Part shown: one piece after another, positions 48,530 through 63,913 of the stretch
Layout: the number at the start of each line of letters is the position of its first letter
How positions within the stretch are numbered: position 1 is the first letter of the stretch
NCBI RefSeq assembly: GCF_009914755.1
Contig: NC_060932.1
Source of the DNA: the human T2T-CHM13v2.0 reference genome, Homo sapiens
Reading direction: 5' to 3' (one strand)
Length of the DNA: 64,000 nt
Position numbers and translations under genes: made by a program
Notes under the pieces: model-generated
Told to the model about the DNA's origin: nothing
The model's input: the letters and a program-made list of their open reading frames with translations, nothing else
Database searches by the model: none

Positions 48530-49372
48530 TATTTTTAAAAATCTGATCTGTATAAATGTATGGGGTGCAAGTATAATTTTGTTACGTGCATAGGTTGCAT
48601 GTAAGCCCTGAAGACAGGGCTTTCAGTGTATCCATCACCCAAATGACAAGTAATTTCTCATCATCCATCCCCTCCTCTTCCTGGTTTCCACTATTATTCT
48701 ACACTCTATGTCCCCCTCACCCTGCATCATCTCCACTATCTGTCATTTCAAACTCTATGTGCATGTTTAGCTCCAACTTACATGTGAGAACACATGGTAT
48801 TTGTCTTTGTCTGAGTCATTCCATTAACATAATGTCTCTGGTTCCATTCATGTTGTTTCAAAAGACATGATTTCAATTTTTATAGCTGACTGGTATTTCA
48901 TTGTGTATGTATACATTTTCTTTAAATTCATTGATGGACACTTAGATTTGTTTCATATGTTTGCTATTGTACATAGTAGTGCAATAAGTATGTGAGTACA
49001 TGTATCTATTTAATTTTTTTTTTGGCGGGTAGATACTCAGTAGTGAGATTGCAGGATCTAATGGTAATTCTGTTTTTATTTCTTCAAGAAATATCCAAAC
49101 TATTTTTCATAGAGGTTGTACTAATATACATTCCCACCAACACTGTATAAAAGTTGCCTTTTCTCCGCATCTTGTCAACATCCAGTTTTTTTTAAACTTT
49201 TTAATAATAGCCATTATGACTGGTATAACACTGTGGTATTTCATAGTGGCTTTAATTTACATTTGTTGATGATTAGTGATGTTAAACTTTTTTTCATGTT
49301 TCTTGGCCATTTGTATGTCTTCTTTTGAAACATGTATATTCATATCCTTTGCCCAACTCTTTAGTGGGGTTA
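48530..49372 (-). mobile_element. L1PB/L1MA 3' fragment
   Basis: ggggtgcaagtataattttgttacgtgcatagg...gggctttcagtgtatccatcaccc... Confidence 0.8.
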
Positions 49373-51096
49373 GGTATGTATAACATCATCTTAATGTGGG
49401 ACAGTATCCTAGTCTCAAACACTTGCATTATTTTGGAATTTCTTTTCTCCATGATTTGGATGCTACCGTTATCTGTGCACCAATATCTATAGCTCTTTTA
49501 CTTTCAGCAGTAGCTTACACAGTAAGTCATTGCTATCAGCATCTATGTTTTTGCTGAAAACAAGGCAGAATGAGAGAAGAAAGCTAAGAAATTCTAAAGT
49601 TGGAGAAGGAACGTGAAAATGTTCATACCCTTCCACAGTCGTGGTGTCCTTTAGGGTGGAGATGTCTACCAATGCCTGTTACGTGGTCAGGTCACCGAGT
49701 ATGTATCATTCTGCCTATTAATTTCATAGTGATATGAGTATACTATAGGTAATGACTCTCCAGTATGGCAGTAATTGGGAACTGTGTTTAGAAACTGGTC
49801 AGTCATGTAATCATTACTGTGAAATGCTAACAGTCAAAGTCATCTTCCTTGTGTAGGCCATGTTCCAGCCTCTCCATGCCACCACTTGGTTCCCTTTCTG
49901 CCCACCTCCTGTGGGGCTCATGGGGTCACCACTGGAAAGGGATGTAGCTGGTGGGGCCCCCAGTGTATCAGCTGGCTTTGTCTCTCAGTGGAATAGGTGG
50001 TTTCCTACTTGACACATTGAAAGTCACCTTGGGGGGCATGTCCAAATTCTGTTATCACAAGACATATACAATAGACTTCTCTCTGCAAGACAGAACTTTC
50101 TTGGCAACTAACTCATTTATCTGACCAGAAAAGTGTTATGAATAATAAAAATAGAAAGAGCTACCATTTTTGAAATGTTCTCGTGTACCTACCAGGTACT
50201 ATGGTAGGTGGTTTATCTTCTGTTATCTCAATTAATTTGAAAAAAAAAAAGTGCTATGAGATGCTGAAAAGCTATATGAGCTTTCATGTCTATCCTACAG
50301 CAACTTTTCTAAGCTCTCAGGTCACTAGGAAGCACCAAGAGCCAACTTTAAAGCTCGATCTGTCCTTTCTCTAATCGTTTTTGGTTTTGTTTGTTTTTCA
50401 TTGGACCAAGCCTTCTTGAAGGTTGGGAGCCACCAGGCCAATGATAGTCTCTCTGCCCACTGTGCTGCCATCATCCCACCCTTAGAATTAAAGGTGTTTG
50501 GATTAAATTATCTTCTAGTGAATATCCTAATCTCAAATTTGCTATATATTCTGTTCCTCTTTATTTGAAATATGTAATCTGATAATAAAACTAAGAACAG
50601 AGCACTGAGACTGTGGAATTTTTGGAGGCCGAGGGGGACAAGGAGCCTGGGACAGGACATCACTCTGTCCTTCGAAGGGCAAGGAGCACAGGTTTGATGC
50701 TATCCTAGGAGATCGGATGCCTAGAGTTACATAGAAGAGGCCATGTAGAAGAAAAAGGGACATACAAAAAGAGAAGTGAGAGAACCGAGTGCAATCTCTA
50801 CCCTCATTATGATTTTCTCTACATTTGGCCAGAGCCCTGACAGATCACATTGTCAAAACAGGCCCCAAATTTACTCTGACAAATGCATACTTGTGTCTGT
50901 ATGACAGTGTCATTTCACCTAGTATACATCAGTGGGGTATGGAAATGATAGAAATAGAACCAAAGATTGTCACGGTTGCACAATGGGAAAAGTATGAACT
51001 TTGAAGCCAACAGACTCTGGCTACTAACTTTGTAATGCAATTAATTAGCCACTCTGACCCTCAGTTTTCTCCTCTGGAAATGAGAAAAAATGTTTT

Positions 51097-52892
51097 CTTT
51101 GTAGGTTTGCTATGAGACAAAGAAGCAAAAAAAAAAAAAAAAAAAAAAGTGCAAAACATTTAGTAGTTTCTAATACTAAATAAATGGTAAAGATTATTTT
51201 GATTTCTGTTCTTCCTTCTTCCTTCATTTTTAAAGCTTTAAGAACCTTTGATTCTCCCAAAAAGATGTAAAGCCTCATTATGTTTGGGGAACCAGACTAA
51301 AACAGAAAATTCTTGTAATGTCTAACATGTTTTTAGCCCTTTGAAGAAGTAGTGAGCTGCTAAGACCAGCCTACTCCCGTGAGCTCTACCTCTCCCAAAC
51401 ATTGCCCTCTCTTCTTGTCCTTCAAGGTCAAGATAAAGCCACTTATCAAAAAGCTTCGTGGCCCCATCTCTTGTAATCTGTCACATAGAGGAATTAAATA
51501 ATTATTAATGAAGGCTGGTGACCACCAATGTTTGTTCAACTTACCACCATTGAAGTATCTTATGAGTAATATTATTGTTATTAAAACACTTTATGAAAAT
51601 GTTACCTGAACTGGAAGGTTCTCATTACACTTACTTAGACACTGGCTTAGATAACTTATAATAGGTCGCATGAATTTTTTACAAAATGGGTCACACACAT
51701 TGTTTTACAAAATACCTGAAATGTGAATGAATGACAACACAAATGTTTCTAAACTTCATGAGCCCATCCTAATAGCTGGATGTATTAGAACATATTTGTC
51801 ACTGCAGTTATTTTTAGCCTTAACTTTGGTGGCAGTTCTAACTAAAGATAGCAACTTTAATGTTTGACCCTTGTTGTTTAGCTAAAACCAATTTGCTCTT
51901 TTCAAAACAATTCATTATCCCACACTGCACTTTTTTATACTCCCTAATTAATGGAAAATCTATCTTTCATAAAAGTTAGAAATTATGTCCAATGAAAATC
52001 CGACATTTTAATGGTTTTCCACAGATTAAAATTGTTGAGTTCTCAATAAACCCTGATTTACTGATGTTGGCTGTAAAATGGTTATCGCTGTTAATACAGC
52101 CTGTAAATCTTAACAGGTTATATTTGCCTTGGACAATAAAAGTTGCCATAAAGGCTTAGTGTCTAAGGCTAATTCTGCTCACATCAAGGTAAACAGCCTA
52201 CTCAAAATAATTCAGTGTCTTTGAGAATTCAGGCCTTAAAGCTAAGCAACAGACAGATTCTAGCCTTGAGGCACTGCATGCCAGGCACTATTCTTGTTTT
52301 TAATCTCACCAAAGAGTCAAGATAATGCTGGAATTAGAAAACTCGGGAAGGTCAAGGGTTTTTGTCAATGCAGTACAGATAAGGAGAAGGTTCTCTGCTT
52401 CTTGCTCAGCCCCAAATCAGCTTTGTCATTGGCTGATCACTAGGAGCAGAATGAAAGAATGTATTTTTTGTATGATAAAGTATGCTGAAGTCATGCAAGT
52501 GTTAGGAACCAAATTTGGGGGTGACAGGGTGGGGTGGGTAATTGGGGAAAGGAGATCATTTTCCTTGTTTGATTTCCAGATGCCTATCTGGAAATGAAGG
52601 CTTTTGAGAAGAGGAAATGAAGGTCTTAGCAGCTCACTACTTCTTCAAATGGCTAAAAACATGTTAGACATTATAAGAATTTTCTGTTTTAATCTGGTTC
52701 CCCAAACATAATGGGGTTTTACATCTTTTTGGGAGAATCAAAGGTTCTTAAAGCTTTAAAAATGAAAGAAGAAGGAACAATAGAAATCAAAATAATCTTT
52801 ACCATTTATTTAGTATTAGAAACTGCTAAATGTTTTGCCTTTTTTTTTTTTTTTTTTTTTTTTTGCTTCTTTGTCTCAGGAATCCTACAAAG
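51097..52892. repeat. Long inverted repeat: arms 51097-51367 and 52622-52892, spacer ~1.25 kb
   Basis: Arm 2 is the reverse complement of arm 1, with about 10 differences over the ~220 bp core; A22 versus T25 tracts. Near-identical ORFs 51045-51278 (-) and 52711-52914 (+) reflect this. Confidence 0.96.
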
Positions 52893-53028
52893 GTTTTGTA
52901 AAAAAAGGTTTTGAGAAGGCCTATTAATCTTGGGACACATGGATATCTGTCATGTTTTCCAATGTTTGGGGAATTTCTTTTTAAGTTTCACTTACCTAAG
53001 ATAGAAGCCCAACAAATGCCTTTTCTAA

Positions 53029-53490
<462 letters not shown>

Positions 53491-53645
53491 TCATGTTTTT
53501 TGCACTGCAGGAGTCGTTGTTGAGTGTACCTTTCCCCATGGTGTGTTTCAACATTATTTCTGGCCAATTAGCAGCCTCACCTGGCTCTTTGGCCCACTTG
53601 GAGGTTCTGAGCACTACTAATACTCTTTAATAAATTTATTTTTCA

Positions 53646-53981
<336 letters not shown>

Positions 53982-55043
53982 CCCTGCACATTTTGGTACC
54001 TATGCCATCTCTTATTACTTTCAGAATGTCTTTGACAAATATTTGAAAGTATCCATTGGAACAAAGCAAGTCACTCTGAGCTAAAGACTGTGTGTGGGGT
54101 GTTAATCTTTCTTTGTCTGTAGAATAAAGAGGGAGGACCCCAAAGTTCCTTTTATATCTCTTATTTCTAATTATTTCTGATGTATTAACAGTAGAATCTG
54201 CACACTGTCTTTGACTTGCCTGCTGTTTTAATAATTCTGCCCAGACTGGTGCCAGACAGTTTTCAAGCGAGAAGCTCTTTACCCTTCTCCCCTGTGAGGG
54301 TGTTCTTAATGAAAGGTTCATTTGTTTCAAATGTGCTCATTGGCATAAAACCCAGGAGAGAGTCTTATGACATTGGACTGTTTAATACAGGAATCACTAG
54401 ACTATTGTGTTTAACCTCAATCAAACAGACTATGAAATGAGGATTTTATTTTAAAAGTAAGACTCTTAATAATTCACTAGAGAAAGGTTAAGTGGGGGTG
54501 TCCATGTTCTGAAGCAGTGGGCCTCAGGTATAAATAATTAATCTAATTTGGTGCAGCCAAAGCAGAAAGAATGTCTAATAGTCCACATAAACTTTGCTTT
54601 GAGGAGACTGACAATGAGGACCTTTGCAGAAAGCCATATTTGGTTAGAATGTATATTATAATAGAAAACTAATACACTCTAAAAAAAAAAGTGAGTTTTA
54701 CTAGTTAAACGCTAGTAATTAAGGACCAGTAAATGACTTCTCTGAAAACATTTCCATAAAAAAATTTGCTATGGTAAAAGAGATAAAAAAATGAGGTTAA
54801 TATAAGTTATTTTAAAAGTGTGTGTCTACAGCCCAAATACCCTCATCATTAATACTGATCCTTAAATAAGTCCTATTAATTGACTGACTTTTGACACGTC
54901 TTTAGCTGGGAAGCTCTAGTTCCTTACTGAAAAAGAAAAGGAAAGAAGATATCTAAAGCTCCTAATTGGTGTTTATTTTCCTTTTCCCTCTTGTTCTGTA
55001 CTTCTGAAGGGTCAGAAGCATGGACGTTAGAATTACACTTTTC

Positions 55044-55344
<301 letters not shown>

Positions 55345-55609
55345 TTACAAAGCTTTCCTAGGTGCTTGTCTTTGCTTCCTCTTTTCTTTGTGCCTGTCAG
55401 CTCTACATTATCAGCCCTCTTTCTTTCTAAGAATGACTCTCTGACAATGTTATTTCCAGACCTTTCTCTGTGTCCTCATTATTTCTCCTTGCTTGGAATG
55501 TCCTTGCCCTCATCCATCTGTTTGTGGTTTACACAGCCTAGGAGGATCTGCTGTAACCCAGTCAGTCTCTGAGTTCTTCCCTGCCCTTCCCAGGTGACGC
55601 TGATCTCTC

Positions 55610-55690
55610 TTTTATTTTATTTTATTTAATTTTTGAGACAGAGTCTTGCTCTGTCACTCAGGCTGGAGTGCAGTGGCACGATCTTGGCTC
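55610..55690 (-). mobile_element. Alu 3' fragment
   Basis: tttttgagacagagtcttgctctgtcactcaggctggagtgcagtggcacgatcttggctc. Confidence 0.85.
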
Positions 55691-58600
55691 TTTTCTATAA
55701 ATCCTAATTTAACTGGCATGAACTGCTCAAGTAAGGACAGCATTTTTTTCCCTCCTAAAGGCTTTTATAGCATATTGCTTTTTAAAATTTTTCTCTTATA
55801 TTTAATTTTTCATGCCTGTGTGTCATATTTTCTAATTCTCTTCAGGATAGGAAATGCACAGTATACTTTTCAGTATCCTCTCCCATCACCCTCAGTAGAT
55901 AACATAAAGGCATCTAAAACTATGGTAGATATCTGGGGAGCATATGTGACTCAGAGGATGAATATTTGCACAACCACTGTGGGCTGCACATAGTAGTAAA
56001 CTCTTAAAGTTGAATATCACTTTACAATTTACAAAGATTCTCATATACATGGACTCATCCGATCCTTAAAGCTACCATTTGTTGATAGATAAATATACCA
56101 ATATCCCTAATATTGCTATCCTTGATAGACTCATTTAATATATACATCCATTGAGAAACTGCTATCTAGCTAACATTAGTACATGTGTACTCAATGCCAG
56201 CCACTGTTCACCGAATCTTCCCAACTTTTTGAAGCGCCTAGATGCCAGTTTTATAAATAACCAAACTGAGCCTCAGAGAGGTCAAGCGGCTTACTCAAGG
56301 GCATAGGTAGATACCGAGTGATCTGTGCCAATATTTGTATCAGACAGCCTGACTTCAGAGCCTGTTCTGTTAAACTTTACCTGATAAAGCGCTTTATGTG
56401 TCAGATATTGTGTGCTGAGCACCAGCAGAGTCGGATAGCATGCCTGTCTTTAGTTCACCATCTGATTTCATTGCATACAAAGCTAAGCAGAAGGGAAGAG
56501 AATGGCATTTATGAATGTGTGTGTGTGCACAAGAACATACAAGCCTCCTGCTTTTCCTCCATTTTGCTGGGCATGTCTGTGATTCCCGGTCTGAGCTCTA
56601 CTGCTGCCCGATTGCAGTTAACTCTCCCGATTTGATGGCATTGGACTCTGCACTACTTTCAGCTTCTAGAGATGGTTTGGCAGGGTTGCTTAGTGCTGGT
56701 AACAACTTTGAGCAGGCCTTGATGGGATGGGAGAGACACTATTGACAAAACCTGTCTTTATTCTCCTCCATCTCCTCTCCAATTTGTTTCCTCTTGTAGG
56801 AGATTACATCCGTTATCCTGTACCAACATAGGGTTTTTCAAAAATATAAAATTTGCACGTTGTGCTTAAGGTTTCTCTGATTGACAGAAGCAGCAAATGG
56901 ATCAGAGAGAAGGCGATTTGGAGGAAAGATCCGAAGGCCAGCAGTCAGTTGGTAGTAAGCATTTTTAAAGAAACCTCATATAAGAAAAGGAAATGTATGA
57001 TTTTTAAATTAACATTAGCGGCAATAAACAGTCTTTATATCTTGAATTATGCAGAAGTAAAAGCAGTCTGGGATGCCGCCACATAAGGAGCTGCAGATCT
57101 GTAATTCAGCAGTAATGTTCCATGGGCATGAATCAAGAACTCATCCCAATCCTGCTGAGGCAGCATGGATTTTAGTGTTTCCATGAAGCGCACCACACAC
57201 CACCCCGATTCACTTAGCAAATGTAGACTGCCTTTGTTTCTTAGGCTGAGCTTATTAAAACAGATAAACAACGGCCACAATCACCACAGCCACAGCTTCT
57301 GCTGGTGATCCTTTGCTGTGATCCCCACATCCTAATTGCTCTGTGTATCATCTGTTTAGGAAGAAATGCCACCTTCTTTCCTTTTTAGCCAATTTTGGTG
57401 ACTAGAAGGTGCACTTGCCCCCACCCTGGAGAGTTTTCTGCGTAACTGCTAGTAAAATAGAGCATGACCATTTTTTCTTCACAGGTAGAGACCTGCAGAA
57501 TGAGCACCTGCCTACGTGTACTTTTGAAATACACCCAGCTGATCTTACTGCAGTTGAGCTTCAGTTCTAGAATCTGTAACTGCTAAAAGAATCCTAGATG
57601 GCCTCTTTCATTGCATTGCACAGCTCTCAAGCCTCTCCACCCTGTAAAATCCTACGGAGCTGTGATCTTCCCTCAGAGCTACCTTAGATTCAGCACAGTC
57701 AGTACATGGAGTGAATGAGTGACTTATTGAAACTCCCAGAGCTTTGATTTGTGCAAATTGCAGTGGCTTCCACGGCACAGATTACAGGCACACCACCCCA
57801 GCTTAGCAGCTGCACCGTTCCCATTGCATGTAACTCAGATTCACTTGGTTCTATCAGTTAAGCTTCCAAGAAAAACATCCAACATTCAGAACTGAACAGC
57901 TGAGAATCCCCTGCTGTGGTGAATTTTGATTTAAATATAACTGAGTCTCTCTTGGCTCTGGCTTAACTGATTTGGAACTGTTCTTTTAATTGTTGATTCA
58001 GTATTGGCTTCCAGATCTGGCTGTCAGTCCTCTCAACAGATTCTCTCTATAGATGCATTTATTAATCATGTGCAATATTTCTCATCCTCTGTGGGCTGCC
58101 AGCACTGGCCCTTGTGAGTTACAAGTGATGGCTTAAACCTTAATTTCTGTGTGCAGGAAGTGTCAGGCTGACGATTCATATACTGGCTCAACAGCATCAT
58201 TTGGAGATCACCTTCTAGAGGCAGCTCTGGCATGCTGCTGCAGGGAAACAAAAAACAGATCTGCATAATACCACCAGAACTTGACAAGAGCAGTCACTCT
58301 AGTTCATCAGTCATCTGTGGGCTTAGGCGATCAGTTTAATCTTTTTTTTCAACGCTGTTATCTAGGTACCAGTGGAGATGCCGTAGTTACAGTAACGGGA
58401 TATTTTTAGAAGGATTATTAAATGATAATGCACATTGTACATTGGTCTGGGAAAGTCTGTCTTCTTAGAGCTTCCATTCTCAGTTTTAATTAACTCATAA
58501 GACTAATAGGCAATGTGAATTGGTGCTATAGATCGGTGATGGTAATGATAGATTTTTACAAAGGAATAATAAAAGCTAAAGAGAGAAAAGACTTCAAAGT

Positions 58601-61041
58601 AGAGATGGGAGCTGACAAATACTAGATTTTATTTATATGGCATTTCACTGAGTTGTGTGAACTGCCAAAATGACAGAATCCTCATTACTGATGATCATGG
58701 TTAGTTACCATACATTGAGGACCCACATGCCAGGCTTTCTCCTAGGTATTTAACTATGTGATTCTGTTGTATTCTTTCAGCTGAGTTAGGTACTTTATTA
58801 TTTTTCATTGTACAGATGTGGTCATTGAAGCTTAGGTTAAGTAACTTCCCCAAAGTTTGTCAGATGGTAAGAGTCTAGTTCTCTTTGGTTTCAAAGCCTA
58901 AATCTTGCCACTACCTGACACTTTGTTAATTACTGCGTGCCATGAAGTTGCTGAGTAAGGAAATAGACATTATGGCAGGGTTGTGTCTTTCCTGTCTATT
59001 GTATCACATTACTCCCTGCCCCTCCACACCCCCATTGGTGCTGGGTCAACTTTATTGTACTTGAAATCAGAGCATGGTTCAAAGACAATTCATGGACAGC
59101 ATCTTGCTTGATCTGCTACAGCTTTAATGTCTTACTACAGATTTCAATTTATTTAATAAATGCTTTCTTTGCCTCGGAGGATACAGTAATAAATGAGACA
59201 TGGTCTGTTCCTGACAAGCTCAAGCATCCAACAAATGAAATAAATATGTAAATAAGCATCTAAAGTAGAGTGTGTTACTCATAATAATAATCATAACAGC
59301 ATTAATATAGAAGGGATTTGATAACTTCTGTTGGCCAGGGTGATCAACCAAGACATTGCAGAATATAATTCCCATATAGGCTTTTGAAGTATGAATGAGC
59401 TCATTGTGGTGAGAGTTTGTACAGAACAGTCAAGAAGCAAGATCGGCATGGTCAAAAGCATGCAGGTATGAAATGGCATGGTTGCCCAGGAAGTTCAATT
59501 AGTTTCATTTTGAGAGCACCTAAGGCACAAGTGGGAGAATCACTGAAGCAGAGACTCTAGAAAATAGTCAGGCATTGGATCACAAAGTGTCTTGTCTTCC
59601 ATCCTGAAAAAAAACTGGACTTTTCACTCGTAGGTGGTAGGGAGCCATTGAGCGACTTGCTTCTCAAGCTTTATGTGTCTGTCTGTCTGTTTCAGTGTCC
59701 ATATTGTTTGTTATTTTAAGGAGCTGGTAATCCAGTTGCAACTGGGCAGCTGGTCAGAAGTTACAAATAGGTGTGATTTGTCTTTGCATCATTGTTGGAA
59801 CTAACTTTTTACAAACTGTTTGTAAATGATTTCAGACTTGTATACAATCTTAAGAATCAGTAACTCTTAGAAGACACCTCCTTTTAGAATTGCTCTGCCA
59901 GATGCTGTGACCACAGTCCCCGGACTCCTTATCTTTAGCAAGTCCAGGTCTGTCTTTTCAAGCTCTTTTGTTCTTTCTACTGCACCTGTTGCACGGAGAT
60001 TATGAGAGACAGTGTAGAGAGTGTAGATGCTTTGTATTCCTGATGTAGAGCAGTGTGGCCCAGCCCTAGCCTTGCTCTGCAGCCTGTAAGCATGACTGCC
60101 TCAACTCAGCTCATTCGCTCAGCACAGGTCCTCTAATGGGTGTCCTTGCCCTTCCCTCATTCAGAATAAAAGTAGCAACAAAAGAGGGGGTCAAAGATCT
60201 TCATGTCATTAGATGTCCCTGCACCATCCCTTCACCTCTGTATTCAACATGGACTTCCAGAACGATTTGACAAAGACTTTGAAGATTTCCTTTACCTCCT
60301 TTGTACTTGATCCACATTCTCCCTGAAACATGCTGAGATCCTTCCATTTACCAGTAACTTTGATCCCATTGGAGGCAGGTAGGAAACTCCGGCTTCTCGG
60401 GCTGTACCGAGTTGTTACAGTATTTCACTGAAGCCTGTGTTAAAGGCAAACAAAGGAGAGTTGAGTTTTGTCATCATTGTCTCCATGAGGCAGGACCAGG
60501 ATCTTTTCATCCGTAGAATGTAGATAGCCCATCAAAGGTTCTTTGGTCCTGCAGTCTAAGGGGCTTTTGTGTTCTCTTGGATCACCTCTGCGACTCATCA
60601 TGTGAAGTGAGTTTCTCCTCACATCAGACCCTTACCCCCACTGTTCCGATTACCCTTTGCATCTGCTTTTACCCTGTGTGCCTGTGTGCAGTTGGGTTTA
60701 TTCAGTCAAGTCTCACTTAGGCAATTATGGTTTACCTTATCTCCTGTTTAGTGCTGGGACCATTTTAAGTGCTGAGACCATTATTTCTTTCATATGCCTG
60801 CTTTAAAATCTGAAAGTTAGTTCTAATTTACTTATGTTCTTAGGCCTAATTATGCTCTTATTATTGGGCTTTCATCCCTGAGTTTCCTAGTTTCTGTTGT
60901 CTTCCTGGCTCCCAAAAGCAATTGTGGATTCCTAAGGCAATTAAGGGCAGCTGCTATCAAAGACAGTCTTCTTTCCACCTTCTAGTCACCAGTCATTCAA
61001 CACTGAAGACTCACTAAGACTTGGAGAAGCGTAAGATAGAG

Positions 61042-61250
61042 CAAGGATTCTCAGCCTTAACACTGTTGACGTTTGGGGTCGGATACTCCTTTATTCTGGG
61101 GAGCTTTCCTGTTCAGGGTACGATGTTGAGCAACATCCTTGGCCTCTACCCATTCCATGCTAGTAGACCCTACTTTCCCCCACTGGCCACATCCAGTTGT
61201 GACAACCAAAAATGTCAGCAGGCATTGCCAAATGTTATTCCTGGCTGAGA
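61042..61250. mobile_element. MER20 (hAT MITE)
   Basis: ttctcagccttaacactgttgacgtttgggg...agcaacatccttggcctctaccca...agttgtgacaaccaaaaatgtc...cattgccaaatg. Confidence 0.85.
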
Positions 61251-62176
61251 ATCCTTGAGACTCTGTCTTCCTCTCAGGGAGCTTAGAATCTCATTAAGAT
61301 GCTCTCTACAGCACCTCATACATTGGCTGTCATATAGCAGGTGCTTAATAATTTTTGTTTGAATTGAGTCCAGCATCAACAGATAGTCGTTAACATGTGC
61401 CTGTGAGCCCGGGATCACAGTGTAGGGAGTGAGTATCACGCCTCATCTCTCTCTATAACCATCCCATAGCAGAGTACCTAGCATGTACTAGGCACTCAGA
61501 AAATATATGTTGAAGGAATGCCTAATTGACAAGACTAGGCAAAAAGCTCAAATGGAATGATTATGTTAGGTTTGCTGATTAGTCAAGAGTTACATGTATT
61601 GGGTCATTGTGAGCTAGAATTCAAGGGATGAGGTGGATCCATATAAGAAGAGATAAATAAAGAGGAAGTCAATGAGGGAAGTATGGTGAAGGCTTAAGTT
61701 GTAGAATCTGCACCGTGGTCATTGTCTACACTCTGCCATTGGCTTCTCATTAAAAAAATGAAAATAAAAAAGATTGCAGAGCTTTGAACTGGTAGGTCAA
61801 AAATTCACACCATAGATGAATACCATCAGGCCACTACCCTGCAAAGGAACTCACCTCAGAGTAGAGAGCCTGCTAAAGCATATCAGATCCTAGAAGGTGC
61901 AGCATATTCCTGGAGCATGTGCCTGAGCCTTCAGTAGGGTGGTTTCTTCAAAATTCAATATGAACACACTTACCCTTGGCTCCACTTAATGTGGCTGAAG
62001 AGGAAATGGGACATGTCAAAGACAAGAGACCTGTGTTCTAGACTCCCTCCTCCACTTCAGAGCAAGGAAAGCTTAAATCTCTTGTTTTCTTAACTGGAGA
62101 TACTACTGTTCCTACTTAAAAGGCAACAGGCTTGCAAAACGCAGTTGCATGAAGGCCCCTTAAAATCCTGAGAGGG

Positions 62177-62493
<317 letters not shown>

Positions 62494-62539
62494 CTCCTGA
62501 GAGGGAGACATTATTTATTATAAGCATATTGTTCAAGAG

Positions 62540-62780
62540 CATGGATCTTGATGCTATGAGTCAGGTAAGGGAGGGGTACAATCTAAGTTCCTCCTCTTGT
62601 TAGCTGTGTGTTAAGCTAATTCTATAACTTCTCTGAACATAAGGGTCTTCATATGAAAAAACAGAATAAAATGCCCTTAAGGATGCTTTGGAGATTAATT
62701 TAAATAAGATAATGTCTTTTTAACATATACCTTGGTTCTTGGCACATTAAATGTTTGTTGTTAGTAGTATTAGATAATAA
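62540..62780 (+). mobile_element. MIR fragment
   Basis: ttagctgtgtg...aacttctctgaac...tcttcatatgaaaa...ttggcaca: MIR core-like. Confidence 0.55.
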
Positions 62781-63913
62781 AATCTAATAAGACTTTTTTT
62801 ATGTTATTGTTTGTCCACAGCATTCCATTCACGTGTGGAAAAATAGTTCTGCTTCTGTGTTTATTCTCACCTTGTAATATGTTGTTGAAGTGAGGTCATG
62901 TTGAAATTTTCACTTATTCTTCTCTCTTCCTACAATAATTTGGTCAAACTGTTTACCTATCCTACTTAGCCTGTAATAGCTCATCCTATTCCAGTCAGAG
63001 CTAATGCATTCTTTCTGAATGATCATGATCTCTCTCAGTTTTAGGAGTGTAGCTACCGTTGAACTCATGTTTTCTCAGTGACAAAGCCATTTACTTTCAT
63101 TGTAAAACAATGAAGAATGTGAACAACTTGATTTTGTCATTGCAAGTGCTCTGTACCAGTCAAGGTGGAACGTCTAGAATCAATATGACTAATGGATCCC
63201 AGCTCCTAGTGATAGAGTCAGCAAAAAGGATAAATTATCACTGCCTCTCTGTCTCTCGGATGGTAATTTCTTCTCCCTGTCCGATCTGATAGCCATCCTT
63301 GAGTTCTCTGCCACGGCTATCAGACCATTCCCATACCAAGCCTGGGGAGGACTTGGTCAATACATCCGGTGTGTCAAGCTTTGAGTCATTTTTATGTTTG
63401 TTTGTTCCCCTTATTACTTTCTTTGGCTGAGTAAAATCTCTATTACTTTGGGCTCAGGAACGGAAAATGTGCTATGAACACCCGCGGCGTACATTTTATT
63501 TTATTTTTATTATTTTTTGTGATGACTTCATTATTCCCTGTTGCCAAAGTTTTTGCCAAAATTGTTTTTCTCCCTTCCTCTCTTTTCAGCATCCTCTTTT
63601 CTGGCATCTCTGTTTATTTATTGCAGCCGCACAGAAGACGACCTTGCCATTGCATGGCCTCTCTCCCTCGGGGCCGCGAGTGGCTCCCAGATTTCTGGGT
63701 TTCATGAGCCAGTAAAAAGTCCCCTCTTCCCCTTCCCTAAGAAAAGGGATTAGACAAGTGTTGCCAACTTTTAATATTTTTTTCAGGGAAGGATTTTAAT
63801 ATAGAATAACAGCCATTTTTTAATAACCATTTTTTCATTTAGAAGCAGGCATTTAACAACATGCCATCTGATTTACACATTTTTAAATAAATTTGATTTT
63901 ATAAAAATTTCAT

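Noticed and set aside
51097-52892. Inverted repeats as terminal inverted repeats of a DNA transposon
   Set aside because: No TSD, no transposase remnant seen in the spacer, outer ends are ragged, and one arm is contiguous with a MIR-like fragment.
51045-52914. Pair of near-identical short ORFs on opposite strands as a microprotein family or toxin-antitoxin pair
   Set aside because: They are a by-product of the DNA inverted duplication; the poly-Phe comes from the T tract and there is no other coding signature.
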